Below are positions 25,205-34,556 of a DNA stretch of 64,000 nucleotides, one piece after another (the stretch's first letter is position 1; each line of letters starts with the position of its first letter). The translations under genes were made by a program, and so were the position numbers. The notes under the pieces are model-generated. The model had not been told where the DNA came from. It saw nothing but the letters and a program-made list of their open reading frames with translations, and searched no databases. This DNA comes from Nitriliruptorales bacterium (GTDB taxonomy: Bacteria; Actinomycetota; Nitriliruptoria; Nitriliruptorales; Nitriliruptoraceae): NCBI GenBank assembly GCA_033722375.1, contig JAWVZB010000001.1, positions 5,175 through 69,174 on the forward strand, given 5' to 3'.

Positions 25205-26508
25205 GACGGCGGCTGCTGTGGTCGGCGGTGGCGATGCTCGTGGCCGCGCTGCTGCTCTTCGCGTTGCCCCTCGCGGTCGTGGTGCGTGGGTTGCTCGTCG
25301 ACCGCGCACTCGATGAGCTCCAGGGACGACTCGAGCAGGCGGCACTGCTCATCGACCAGCGCGCCCGGACCTGTGGGGAGATCCAGCTCTTCGTTGCGGC
25401 CGCCGGCGGGGAGACCACCCGGTTGACGCTGTGGCGGGACGGCGAGGTGATCGCGGCGTCGAGCGGGCAGCCGACCGTCGTCGCCGACGAGCTGACGGAG
25501 GCTCGCGCGGGGCGGATGGGCCGCAGCTACGTCGCCGACCGACTGGCCGTAGCGACGCCACTGGCGACGCCGCGGTGTGGTGGGGCGACGGTCCTGCGCG
25601 CCACGGAGCCCGCTGCGGGGCTGGAGCGTTCGATCCGGAACGCGTGGCTCGCGCTCGGCGGCGTCGGACTCGCGGTGCTGGCGTTGGCCGCGGGGGTCGC
25701 GATCTGGCAGGGACGTCGTCTGGCGCGGCCCTTCGAGCGTCTGGCGGGGGACGCGCGTCGGCTCGGTGAGGGCGACTTCAGTGTCCGGCCGGAGCGTTCG
25801 GGACTCCCGGAGGCGGACGCGATCGCCGAGGCTCTGGACACCACCGCCGATCGGCTCGGCCGTGCGGTGCAGCGGGCACGTGCGTTCACCGCTGACGCGT
25901 CCCACCAGCTCCGGACCCCTCTCACGGCGTTGCGTCTCCAGCTCGAAGGTCTCGCCACAGCCGGGGCGGATCCGGGGGCGGTCGCGGCAGCGCTGGAGGA
26001 GGCCGATCGGCTCGAGGCCACGATCGACGAACTGGTGGCACTGACGGACGTCGAGGGCCCCGAGATGACCGTCGACCCTGCCCTCCTCGTCGAGGAACGA
26101 GCAGGGGTGTGGCGGTCGCTCGCCGAGGAGACCGGACGCGAGTTCAACGTCGAGGTGGTGCCGTGCAACGCGGTTCGGGTGCGCCCCGCCGCGGTCGGAC
26201 AGGCGCTCCAGGTCCTGCTCGACAACGCTTTCGAGCACGGAGAGGGACCGGTCACGGTGCGTGTCGGTCCCTCCTTGCCGGACGACGAGGACGGCGGGGT
26301 GCGCATCTGCGTGCTCGACGAGGGCCCCGGCATGTCGGGGTCTCCAGCCGGACGCCGCGAGGCCGATCGGGGAGGGGGGCCGCTGCCCCTGACCGGTGGG
26401 CGCGGCCTGGTGCTGGCCCGGAGCCTCGTCGAAGGGGAAGGAGGACGGCTCGTCGTGGGTTCCACGGGATCGGGGACCCGCGCCTGTATCGTCCTGCCCG
26501 TCGCCTGA
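25201..26508 (+). CDS. membrane sensor histidine kinase (TM-sensor-TM-HAMP-HisKA-HATPase_c)
   Basis: The GTG overlaps the regulator stop (GTGA). Contains the H-box FTADASHQLRTPLTAL, LLDNAFEHG, DEGPGM and GRGLVLARSL. Confidence 0.85.
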   Translation: MRRRLLWSAVAMLVAALLLFALPLAVVVRGLLVDRALDELQGRLEQAALLIDQRARTCGEIQLFVAAAGGETTRLTLWRDGEVIAASSGQPTVVADELTEARAGRMGRSYVADRLAVATPLATPRCGGATVLRATEPAAGLERSIRNAWLALGGVGLAVLALAAGVAIWQGRRLARPFERLAGDARRLGEGDFSVRPERSGLPEADAIAEALDTTADRLGRAVQRARAFTADASHQLRTPLTALRLQLEGLATAGADPGAVAAALEEADRLEATIDELVALTDVEGPEMTVDPALLVEERAGVWRSLAEETGREFNVEVVPCNAVRVRPAAVGQALQVLLDNAFEHGEGPVTVRVGPSLPDDEDGGVRICVLDEGPGMSGSPAGRREADRGGGPLPLTGGRGLVLARSLVEGEGGRLVVGSTGSGTRACIVLPVA

Positions 26509-27767
26509 TGAACCCCACGAACACGCCCATCCGTTGGTGGGCCATCGTGAGCATGCTCGCGGTGGCCCTGGCGACGCCTGCCTCCGCACACGACCGCTCC
26601 GAGGACGAGATCGCCGAGGAGATGCATCGGACGGGCCAGCAGGCGTCCGAGGTCGCCGACGATCTCGCGATCACGACCGAGCGGATCGCCGCGGCCCGCG
26701 AGGAGCTCGCAGTCCTCCAGGACCGGCTGGCCGCGCAGCGGGGGAGGCTCCAGGTGCTCGAGGGCCAGTTGGCGCTGGCGCAGGAGGGTCTCGCTGCCGC
26801 CGAGGTACGTCGGGAGGCTGCCGAGGAGAACCTCGCCCAGGCCGAGCGTCTGCTGCGGTTCGCGGAGGAGGAGCTGGCGGCGGCAGAGACGCGGCTGCAG
26901 AACCAGGTGGTGGCGGCCTACAAGTACGGAGTGGCGGGGCGCAGCGACTGGATGCTCCAGGCGGTGCGCCAGGCTCGTGATCCCAACGACCTGGTGTCCA
27001 ACATCTACAAGCTGCGTTCGGTCGTCGAGCACCAGGACACGATCGTCCACGAGGTCCTCGAGCTGCGTCAGGAACGGGAGGACCTGCTGGTCCGGGCCGA
27101 GGAGACCAGGCGGCAGACCGAGGAGGCGCGCGATGATGCCGAGCACACGCTCGCCGTCGTGGCGAGTCTCCGCGACGATGCGAAGCGGGTGGCCGAGGAG
27201 ATCGCACGGGACGAGCAGCGGCAGCAGGCCGTCCTGAACGAGCTGCAAGCCGACGCCGCCGCCTACGAGCAGGTCCTCGAGGAACTGCGGGCGCGGCAGG
27301 CGGCGCTCGAAGAGGAGCAGGAGGCGGCCCGAGCCCGGCGGGTGGCTGCCGGGGGCGCGGTCTGTCCGGTCGAGGGCGCGAAGGCGGGGCGGGACTTCAC
27401 CAACGACTGGGGCTACCCGCGGCCGGGGGGACGTCGCCACGAGGGCACGGACATCTTCGCGAGCCGAGGCACGCCCGTCTACGCGATGTACGACGGGACC
27501 ATCAAGGAGCTGCGACGCGTCGACACGGGGATCGGCGGGCTGTTCGTGTCGTACTGGGTGGCGCCTGGTGAGCACTGGTACAACGCCCACCTCGACACGG
27601 TCGCACCAGGCATCTCGGTCGGGGACGCGGTCGCTGCCGGGCAGCAGATCGGCACCGTCGGCAACAGCGGGAACGCGCGCACCACGCCACCGCACCTGCA
27701 CATCGGTCACTACTTCGACGATGTCGCGGAGAACCCCTACCCCGTCCTCGCCGACGCCTGCCAGTAG
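26508..27767 (+). CDS. secreted coiled-coil M23-family metallopeptidase
   Basis: The ATG overlaps the kinase stop. Signal peptide (WWAIVSMLAVALATPASA), a long heptad-rich region, then M23 motifs HEGTDIF, GNSGNARTTPPHLH. Confidence 0.85.
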   Translation: MNPTNTPIRWWAIVSMLAVALATPASAHDRSEDEIAEEMHRTGQQASEVADDLAITTERIAAAREELAVLQDRLAAQRGRLQVLEGQLALAQEGLAAAEVRREAAEENLAQAERLLRFAEEELAAAETRLQNQVVAAYKYGVAGRSDWMLQAVRQARDPNDLVSNIYKLRSVVEHQDTIVHEVLELRQEREDLLVRAEETRRQTEEARDDAEHTLAVVASLRDDAKRVAEEIARDEQRQQAVLNELQADAAAYEQVLEELRARQAALEEEQEAARARRVAAGGAVCPVEGAKAGRDFTNDWGYPRPGGRRHEGTDIFASRGTPVYAMYDGTIKELRRVDTGIGGLFVSYWVAPGEHWYNAHLDTVAPGISVGDAVAAGQQIGTVGNSGNARTTPPHLHIGHYFDDVAENPYPVLADACQ

Positions 27768-27800
27768 CCGGCGGCCCCGAGCTCCACGGGACGCCCGGGT

Positions 27801-29381
27801 TCAGGCGAGGTCCTCGACGACGCACCGCGCCGCGTTGTGCCCGGCAGCCCCGATCACGGAGCCTGCCGGGTGACAGCCGGCTCCGCAGGCGTACAAGCCG
27901 GCCACGTCGAGCCGGTACGGCACCCGTTGGTCGAAGGCGAACGTGTTGTCGACGTGGAAGATGTTGCCGCCGGTGATGCCGAAGTGGCGCTCGATCGCCT
28001 GTGGGTGGAGGACCTGGCGGTCGACCACCAGCTCGGCGACGCCGGGGGAGAACCGTCCGACGAGCTCGAGCAGGTGATCCGCGTAGCGCTGGCCGACCGT
28101 GTCCCAGCCCCCCTCGACGCGGTTCGGCACCCACTGGACGAACAGCGCTGCCGAGTGGTGACCATCCGGGTCGCGCAGTGATCCGTCGACGGCGGTGTGG
28201 ATGTAGAGCTCGATGGCCGGCTCCTCCGGGAGCCGTCCGTCGAGGGCGGTTCGGAAGGCGCCGATCATGCCGTCGATCGGCTCGTCTTGCCAGGGCAGCA
28301 GGTGGATCGTCGCCCCGTGCACGTTGCGCCCGTCGCGATCGGGGAGAGCGGGAAGATCCCGGAGCGCCAGGTTGACCTTCAAGGTGGTGCCGGGCCGTCG
28401 TGCGTAGTCGTCGAGCCGCCCCGCCAGCGACGGCACGAGCCGGGCGCCGACGAGGTCAGTGAGTCGCCACGGGTCGGTGGCGACGACCACTACACGCGCC
28501 GGGATGGGCTCACCGTCCGCCACGATGCCCCGGACCGCGTCATCCTCGACCAGGACGGCGGACACCTCGGCGCTGGTCACGATCTCTGCTCCGGCGCTGC
28601 GGGCGGCATCAGCGAGCGCGGCGCTCACGGTGCCCATGCCACCCTCCACGACCATCCAGGTCCCGTCACTGTCCGGCAGGCGCGCCGAGCTGTGCACCAG
28701 GAGGTTGTGCCCCGTTCCCGGCGTGTCCCAGGTCCCGTGGATCCCCGGGAAGCCGTCGGTGACGGCGTACATCGCCATCAGCAGCGGGCTCGTGAAGCCG
28801 TAGCTCCTCAGATGGTCCCCGACCGAGCCGCGCACGAGGCGGAGGAAGCGCGCACGGAGCTCGGGGCGGACGTAGCGCGCGGCCGTCTCCTCCACCGTCG
28901 ACGGCGGTGCGAGCCAGGCAGGGGCGAGATCGTCGCGGAGTGCGGCGAGGTCGGCCTCGTACCGCTCCACCGCTGCGGCCTCGGCGGCCCCGAACCGCTC
29001 CTCGATCTCGGCTCGGTTGCGGTCGGGGTCGGAACCGAGCGTGAGCGCACCCCCGTCCAGCAGCGGGAGGTGGTAATGGGGGTCGCGGCGGATCAGCGGG
29101 AGGTCGAGGTCGAGGAGCTCCAGCAGCTCGGGCGGCATGAGGCCGAGGAGGTAGGCGCCCGTGGAGGCCCCGAGTCGCGGTACGGCAGCGAACGGGTACT
29201 CGGTCCGTACCGCCCCGCCGACGATGTCGGCGCGTTCGAGCACGGTGACCGACAGCCCGTTCCTTGCCAGCAGGGTCGCTGCGACCAGACCGTTGTGGCC
29301 TGCGCCGACGATCGCCACATCACGTTCGTCTTGTCCCGTCACGATCCGTCCTGCCGCTTCGCGCGCCTCGCGGCGCTGCAT
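27801..29381 (-). CDS. NAD(P)/FAD-dependent oxidoreductase, phytoene-desaturase (CrtI)-like
   Basis: Dinucleotide fold VAIVGAGHNGLVAATLLARNGLSVTVLE and a C-terminal GLYACGAGCHPAGSV block. ATG at 29381 (alternative GTG at 29342). The upstream part of ORF 27801..30182 is antisense to the SBP gene. Confidence 0.8.
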   Translation of the reverse strand: MQRREAREAAGRIVTGQDERDVAIVGAGHNGLVAATLLARNGLSVTVLERADIVGGAVRTEYPFAAVPRLGASTGAYLLGLMPPELLELLDLDLPLIRRDPHYHLPLLDGGALTLGSDPDRNRAEIEERFGAAEAAAVERYEADLAALRDDLAPAWLAPPSTVEETAARYVRPELRARFLRLVRGSVGDHLRSYGFTSPLLMAMYAVTDGFPGIHGTWDTPGTGHNLLVHSSARLPDSDGTWMVVEGGMGTVSAALADAARSAGAEIVTSAEVSAVLVEDDAVRGIVADGEPIPARVVVVATDPWRLTDLVGARLVPSLAGRLDDYARRPGTTLKVNLALRDLPALPDRDGRNVHGATIHLLPWQDEPIDGMIGAFRTALDGRLPEEPAIELYIHTAVDGSLRDPDGHHSAALFVQWVPNRVEGGWDTVGQRYADHLLELVGRFSPGVAELVVDRQVLHPQAIERHFGITGGNIFHVDNTFAFDQRVPYRLDVAGLYACGAGCHPAGSVIGAAGHNAARCVVEDLA

Positions 29382-29423
29382 CCGACATACTGGCAGCGGC
29401 AGAACGGTATTGGGGGACGACCC

Positions 29424-30650
29424 GTGCGACCGAGAACGGCTGTGGGTCTGCTGCTGGCGTGGGCGCTCATACTGGTGGGCTGCTCGTCCGGCAACGGTCA
29501 GCCGGACAGCATGGTGCTGAACGTGATCATGGCCGACGACTGGGCCAGCACCGAGCCGGTCACGACCGCGATCCGGTCCTTCGAGCAGGACCATCCCGGG
29601 GTGCAGGTCCGGATGGAGGGGCTCCCGTTCGCCCAGATCGCCGATGCCGTCGAGTCCCGGAGGGCAAGCGGCGCGGCCGTTGACGTGGCCCAGTGGCACG
29701 CCTTCGCCGCAGCCGCGCTCGGGATCGCCGAACCTCTCGACGACCTCTGGGACGAGCACCTCGATCGTGCCGACTTCGTCCCCGGCGCCGTCGAGGACGT
29801 GGAGTGGGCGGGGCGTCTGTACGGCGTTCCGCTCGACACCAACGCACTCGTCCTGCTCACCAACGCCGATGCGCTCGAGGGGGCCGGTTTCACCCCCTCG
29901 GAGCTGGACTCGGTCGACGTGCTCGCTGACGCGGTCCGTGCGGCCGCGTCCCGGAACGAATTCGGTCTGGCGTTCTCGAACTCGAGCTGGTCCACCTATG
30001 GGTTGATCCGTGCCCACGGGGGTGAGGTGGTGGAGATCGCCGACGACGGCAGCCCGACCTTCCTGCTGGACAGCCCCGAGGTGATCGAGACCTTCACGTT
30101 GATGGAGTCGCTGGTCTCGGACGGCAGTGCGGCTGGAGCCTCCACCCAGGACGTCTCCACCGATTCGTTCGCGCTGTTCCAATCGGGGTCGTCAGCGATG
30201 CACCTGTCGGGAACCTGGGATGTCGCCGCGATCCTCCAGAGTGACGTTCCGTGGGAGCTCGAGGTCATCTCGCTGCCGACGGTCGAAGGGCGTGACGCTG
30301 GGACCGTCATCGGGGGCTCGAGCCTGTTCATCCCGACGGGTGCGGAGCATCGCGAGCTCGCCTTCGAGTTCATGCGCCGCCTGATCCGGCCCGACATCGG
30401 ACTGGCGTTGGCGGAGCAGGAGGGACGCATCCCGACCCGGACAGACGTGCTCGAGGACCCCTTCTTCGACTCTCCGGTCTACGCAACCGTGCGGGAGGCC
30501 CTTCCCACGGCCTCGGCGATGAAGCTCATCGCCTTCCCCGAGGCGTCGCAGGCGTTCAGTAACGCGATCCAGGACGTGCTGACCGGCGCGGCGGGGGCAC
30601 GGGAGGCACTCGAAGAGGCCCAACGCATCGCGATCGAGGCGGAGGGATGA
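29424..30650 (+). CDS. extracellular solute-binding lipoprotein (ABC family-1 / sugar-type SBP fold)
   Basis: GTG at 29424 with GGGGGA upstream. Lipoprotein signal VRPRTAVGLLLAWALILVGCSS. SBP_bac_1-like body (WHAFAAAALG, GVPLDTNALVLLTN, GGSSLFIP). No ABC permease or ATPase gene is adjacent. Confidence 0.8.
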   Translation: MRPRTAVGLLLAWALILVGCSSGNGQPDSMVLNVIMADDWASTEPVTTAIRSFEQDHPGVQVRMEGLPFAQIADAVESRRASGAAVDVAQWHAFAAAALGIAEPLDDLWDEHLDRADFVPGAVEDVEWAGRLYGVPLDTNALVLLTNADALEGAGFTPSELDSVDVLADAVRAAASRNEFGLAFSNSSWSTYGLIRAHGGEVVEIADDGSPTFLLDSPEVIETFTLMESLVSDGSAAGASTQDVSTDSFALFQSGSSAMHLSGTWDVAAILQSDVPWELEVISLPTVEGRDAGTVIGGSSLFIPTGAEHRELAFEFMRRLIRPDIGLALAEQEGRIPTRTDVLEDPFFDSPVYATVREALPTASAMKLIAFPEASQAFSNAIQDVLTGAAGAREALEEAQRIAIEAEG

Positions 30651-32518
30651 GCGACGACACGCCGCGTCGATCGGGGGTGTGGGAGCGTCTCTGGCGTGCG
30701 GCTGCAACCGTCCAGACCTCGCTGTTCCCGCGCATCCTCCTGGCGTTCCTCGTGGTCCTGGCGGTCAGCTCCATCGTCACCCTGCTGCTCGAGAACCGGC
30801 TCACGCGTGATGCGCTCCGCGAACAGGCGGCGTCGCTGTTGGCCAACGACCTCGAGGTCGTGGCTGCCCACAACGTGTCGAACCAGACACGTCTCGCAAC
30901 CCAGATCCGTACGGTGGCGGAGACGCTGTCGCTCGACCTGGATCGGCCGGGTGCACGGCAGCGCCTGATCGAGGCGATCACCCAGCTCCAGCGGTCAGCC
31001 AGCCTCTCGCTCGTGAACGTGTTCGACCCGTCGGGGAACCTGGTCGCCCAGACCGGAGAGGAGCTCGCCCCACCCCCACCGCAGGCGTTCGAGGAGCTGC
31101 TCGCGAGTGACCTCGAGGGCGTCGTCCCCACCGTGGACGGGGGCTGGGTGCAGATGGTCGCGACCGCCGTCGGGCGGGGCCCGGAGCCCTACATGCTCGT
31201 CGCCGGAGAATGGTTCGGGGACGCCCGTGCGTTCGAGCTGCGCAACCTGACCGGCATCCAGGGGGTGCTGCTGGTCGTCGACGGCGAGGTCGTGGGCGCG
31301 ACCTCGATCGGCCTCGAGGCCGGGACCCCGCCGGGGGACATCGGCATGATGCGTGAGCCGCAGGAGGTGGCACTCCAGGAGGGGGAGGCGCTCCTGAGCT
31401 ACCACCCCGTCAGTCGGTCGTCGGCCGTCTGGGGAGCCGACGCGTCGGTCGGACTGCTTCTGCCGTCCCCACTGGGGCGATTGGACGCGTCGTTGTTCCG
31501 CAACCGGCTCGCAATGGTCGTGATCCTGATCAGCGTGGCCGGCGTTCTGGCGTGGCTGTCCACACGCCTCGTCATCCGCCCGCTCGAACGCCTGGCCGAG
31601 ACCGCCCAGCAGATCTCTCGCGGCGATCTTGCCGCGACGTTCGAACACGAGGACGCCGACGAGATCGGCGTGCTCGCCGATTCCCTCGAGCGGATGCGGC
31701 GCACCTTGTTGGCGCAGCTCGAGGTGATCGGACGGCAGGCGCAGGCGCTGCAACGGGCGACCGAGCGGGTCGTGACGGTCCAGGACGAAGAGCGACGCCG
31801 GCTGTCGCGGGATCTGCATGATGGCCTCCAGCAGCGCCTCGTGATGCTCCGTCTCGAGCTCGGTCGACTCACATCCCGGACCGACCCCGACGTCCGGCAG
31901 TCATTGGACGAGATCGCAGACGAGGTCGACCGGGTCATCGCCCTGCTGCGCGAGACCGGCCAGGCGATCTTCCCCTCGATCCTGCAGGACCGCGGCCTGA
32001 GCGGTGGCCTGCGGAGCCTGTCGGGCCGGAGCCCCGTTCCGCTGGAGGTGGACACCGATCCTGATCCGTTGCCGCGCTTCGCTCGTGACTTCGAAGCCAA
32101 CGTCTACTTCATCGTCGCGGAGGCCGTGACCAACGTGCTCAAGCACGCGGATGCGACCCGGGTGGAGGCCCGGGTGGTGCTCGAGGCAGAGCATCTCGTC
32201 TTGGAGGTGACCGACGACGGCACTGGCTTCGACACGGCTGCGGCGGGCGGGTCCGGTCTGGCGCACATGCATGACCGTGCCCGGGCGCTGCGGGGCGAGC
32301 TGGCTGTCACCAGTGGTCCCGACGGGACGAGGGTCCGCGGCCGGTTCCCCGTTCGGTCAGTCCCGGCGACGGAGGAAGAACAGCACGGCGGCGACCCGGC
32401 GGTTGAGGTCGGACTCGTCCGTGAGCCCGAGCTTGCGGAAGATGGCGTTGGAGTGCTTCTCGACCGACCGCTCGGTGATGTGGAGCTCCCGGGCGATCGC
32501 GGCGTTGCCACGCCCTGA
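30647..32518 (+). CDS. membrane sensor histidine kinase, NarX/LiaS type (TM - ~260-aa extracytoplasmic domain - TM - HAMP - HisKA_3 - HATPase_c)
   Basis: The ATG overlaps the SBP stop (ATGA). HAMP (RPLERLAETAQQISRGDL), H-box ERRRLSRDLHDGLQQRL, and VAEAVTNVLKHA. The ORF runs 54 aa past the usual domain end (…RGRFPV). Confidence 0.85.
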   Translation: MSDDTPRRSGVWERLWRAAATVQTSLFPRILLAFLVVLAVSSIVTLLLENRLTRDALREQAASLLANDLEVVAAHNVSNQTRLATQIRTVAETLSLDLDRPGARQRLIEAITQLQRSASLSLVNVFDPSGNLVAQTGEELAPPPPQAFEELLASDLEGVVPTVDGGWVQMVATAVGRGPEPYMLVAGEWFGDARAFELRNLTGIQGVLLVVDGEVVGATSIGLEAGTPPGDIGMMREPQEVALQEGEALLSYHPVSRSSAVWGADASVGLLLPSPLGRLDASLFRNRLAMVVILISVAGVLAWLSTRLVIRPLERLAETAQQISRGDLAATFEHEDADEIGVLADSLERMRRTLLAQLEVIGRQAQALQRATERVVTVQDEERRRLSRDLHDGLQQRLVMLRLELGRLTSRTDPDVRQSLDEIADEVDRVIALLRETGQAIFPSILQDRGLSGGLRSLSGRSPVPLEVDTDPDPLPRFARDFEANVYFIVAEAVTNVLKHADATRVEARVVLEAEHLVLEVTDDGTGFDTAAAGGSGLAHMHDRARALRGELAVTSGPDGTRVRGRFPVRSVPATEEEQHGGDPAVEVGLVREPELAEDGVGVLLDRPLGDVELPGDRGVATP

Positions 32519-33031
32519 TGCCATCGCGGCGAGCACCTCGAGCTCGCGAGGAGTCAGTCCGGCGATCTCGCTGGCGGTCCGGCGCCGCTGCGCCTCCATC
32601 AGCGCCTCGACGATGGTCGGGTCGAGGACCGAGCCACCGTTCACCACCTCGGTGATGGCCTGCACGAGCCGGTCGGCGTCCCCCAGCCGCTCCTTGAGCA
32701 GGTAGGCCGTGTGCTCGGCGCCGTCACCGAGCAGCTCGAGTGCGTACTCAGGATCTGCATGCTGGCTCAGGACCACGATGCCGATCTCCGGATCTTCTTT
32801 CCGCAGTCGCTTGGCGAGCTCGATCCCCTCGGTCGTGAACGTCGGCGGCATGCGGATGTCGAGCAGCACCGCGTCCGGGGAGTGTTCGTTCAGGAGGTCC
32901 AGCAACTCGTCCGGGCGGCCGGCAGTACCGAGGACCTCGATGCCCGGGGTCTCGTCGATGACCGAGCGGGCGCCCTCGCGCACGAGGTAGTCGTCCTCTG
33001 CGATGAGGACCGTGATGGTGTCGGGTGGCAT
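32357..33031 (-). CDS. NarL/LuxR-family response regulator
   Basis: ATG at 33031. REC domain (VLIAEDDYLVREG, VLLDIRMPP, VVLSQH) plus a LuxR HTH (LTPRELEVLAAMASGRGNAAIARELHITERSVEKHSNAIFRKLG). Confidence 0.9.
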   Translation of the reverse strand: MPPDTITVLIAEDDYLVREGARSVIDETPGIEVLGTAGRPDELLDLLNEHSPDAVLLDIRMPPTFTTEGIELAKRLRKEDPEIGIVVLSQHADPEYALELLGDGAEHTAYLLKERLGDADRLVQAITEVVNGGSVLDPTIVEALMEAQRRRTASEIAGLTPRELEVLAAMASGRGNAAIARELHITERSVEKHSNAIFRKLGLTDESDLNRRVAAVLFFLRRRD

Positions 33032-33086
33032 GCGGGCAGGGTAGGCGTGCGGGGCGGACTGGCAGCGGAACACATCGGGAGGATGT

Positions 33087-33104
33087 GGTGGTGCTAGCAC
33101 CACC
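33087..33104. promoter_or_regulatory. perfect 18-bp palindrome upstream of the LuxR-type regulator gene
   Basis: GGTGGTGCTAGCACCACC lies 56-73 nt upstream of the ATG at 33031. It could be an operator or an RNA hairpin. Confidence 0.3.
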
Positions 33105-33266
33105 TTGCGAAGAGGCCCGCTCACACACTGTCTCTTGCCGGCCGTTGCTTGTCATACTTGCTCCAAGCAAGAGGGCACGGCCCGAACGCCCGAATGTACG
33201 ACAGAGGGGGAAACCCGGACCCGGTCGCCAACTCCAGGGGTGGTACGGCGATCGATCCCGTCCGGT

Positions 33267-33298
33267 CAGAACCCCGGACCTCGAGGTCCGGGGTTCTG
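33267..33298 (-). terminator. intrinsic-terminator-like hairpin after the MFS gene
   Basis: CAGAACCCCGGACC-TCGA-GGTCCGGGGTTCTG is a perfect 14-bp stem beginning 6 nt after the MFS stop (33304-33306). There is no clear U-tract, which is common in high-GC genomes. Confidence 0.6.
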
Positions 33299-33303
33299 CC
33301 TTG

Positions 33304-34449
33304 TCATCGGTCCGTCACGAATCGCGCCATGGCGAGGCCCGTCAGCGCGAACACGGCCGCTGAGGCGAGCGCGTTGGCCGCGACGCCGCCCTGCTCGTAC
33401 AGCCACGGACCGGCGGCCGCGGCCACGATCCGGCCGCCGGACATCGACATCCCGACGAGGGCGAGGAAACGCACCCGGCCGGCCGGTCGGAGCTCCGTAC
33501 CCAGCGGGATCGCGGCCACGATGGCGACCTCGAAGGCGAACAGCGCGAACGCAACGGCGATCACGCCGGCCACGAGCTTGGTCGAGGCCAGCGCCAGTGT
33601 GATCAAGGCAGCGACCGCGAGCGCGCACCCCACCAGGAACGTCCGCCGCTTCCCGAAGCGGTCGCCGACCGCGAGCGTGACGAACTCGCCGGCGAGCTCG
33701 GCCACACCGATCGCGATCACCCACGCTCCGATCCCGATCACGCTGAAGCCATGGACATCCTCGAGCCACGCCCCGAACACGACGAAGGTCAGCTCGGCGG
33801 CGGTCAGCAGCCCGGCCATCAGCGCCAGGAACGCGAAGGTCTCGCGATCGAGTCGCAGCGGTCCGCGCGCTTGCCCGGTCGCTTCCCGCGCCTCGAGCGA
33901 CCGCCATGCCTGGCCGGAGAAGATCGCTGCCAACACCGCGCCGACGACGAACGGGGCGCGCCAGTCCCACGTGGCGATGAGCCAGCCTGCGATCGGGGCG
34001 CCGACCAACAGCGCCCCGGCGTAGACGAGCTCGAGAACGGCGAGCACCCGGGCACGGCGGTCGTAGCTGGTCAGGTCCGAGAGGTACGCCTGCGCGGTGG
34101 CGTCGAAGGCCAGCCGGGCGGCCCCGAACACGGCGAAGCCGACGAGCGCCACCGCGTAGCCCGCCGGAGCCACCACGAGTAGCGCGCCTGCCGTGAACAG
34201 GAGGAGCGCGACCGTCACGAGTCTCCGGGCGTCACCCCGATGACCGCCCGCAGCCACTGCCAACGGGACCATCAGACCGCCGACCCCGCGGGCAGACAGC
34301 AGGAGGCCTGCCTGGGCGAGGGAGACGTCGAGGCCCCGGGCGATCGCGGGGAGGAAGGGGAACGCCAGCCGCTCCATCGACACGAGCACGAGGCGCGTGC
34401 CCGCGAAGTAGGTCAGGGCGCGGCGTCGGTGGCGGTCGTCGTGGGTCAT
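33304..34449 (-). CDS. MFS transporter
   Basis: 381 aa, about 12 hydrophobic helices, with an MFS-like loop between TM2 and TM3 (GGHRGDARR). No substrate is inferable. Confidence 0.85.
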   Translation of the reverse strand: MTHDDRHRRRALTYFAGTRLVLVSMERLAFPFLPAIARGLDVSLAQAGLLLSARGVGGLMVPLAVAAGGHRGDARRLVTVALLLFTAGALLVVAPAGYAVALVGFAVFGAARLAFDATAQAYLSDLTSYDRRARVLAVLELVYAGALLVGAPIAGWLIATWDWRAPFVVGAVLAAIFSGQAWRSLEAREATGQARGPLRLDRETFAFLALMAGLLTAAELTFVVFGAWLEDVHGFSVIGIGAWVIAIGVAELAGEFVTLAVGDRFGKRRTFLVGCALAVAALITLALASTKLVAGVIAVAFALFAFEVAIVAAIPLGTELRPAGRVRFLALVGMSMSGGRIVAAAAGPWLYEQGGVAANALASAAVFALTGLAMARFVTDR

Positions 34450-34556
34450 GGGCGCGGTCTACCACAGGCGACGAACTCTCCTTCGCGACCCAACCGTTCC
34501 GCACGTCGCAACGAACCAGGACGGGACCGCCCCGCCTCCGACCTGGAGCAGAGCTC

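Noticed and set aside
32357-32518. The kinase tail overlapping the regulator, considered as evidence of a pseudogene or frameshift.
   Set aside because: The whole kinase reading frame is intact, with all catalytic boxes in frame. Only the stop is late. It is kept as a finding (overlap) rather than called a pseudogene.
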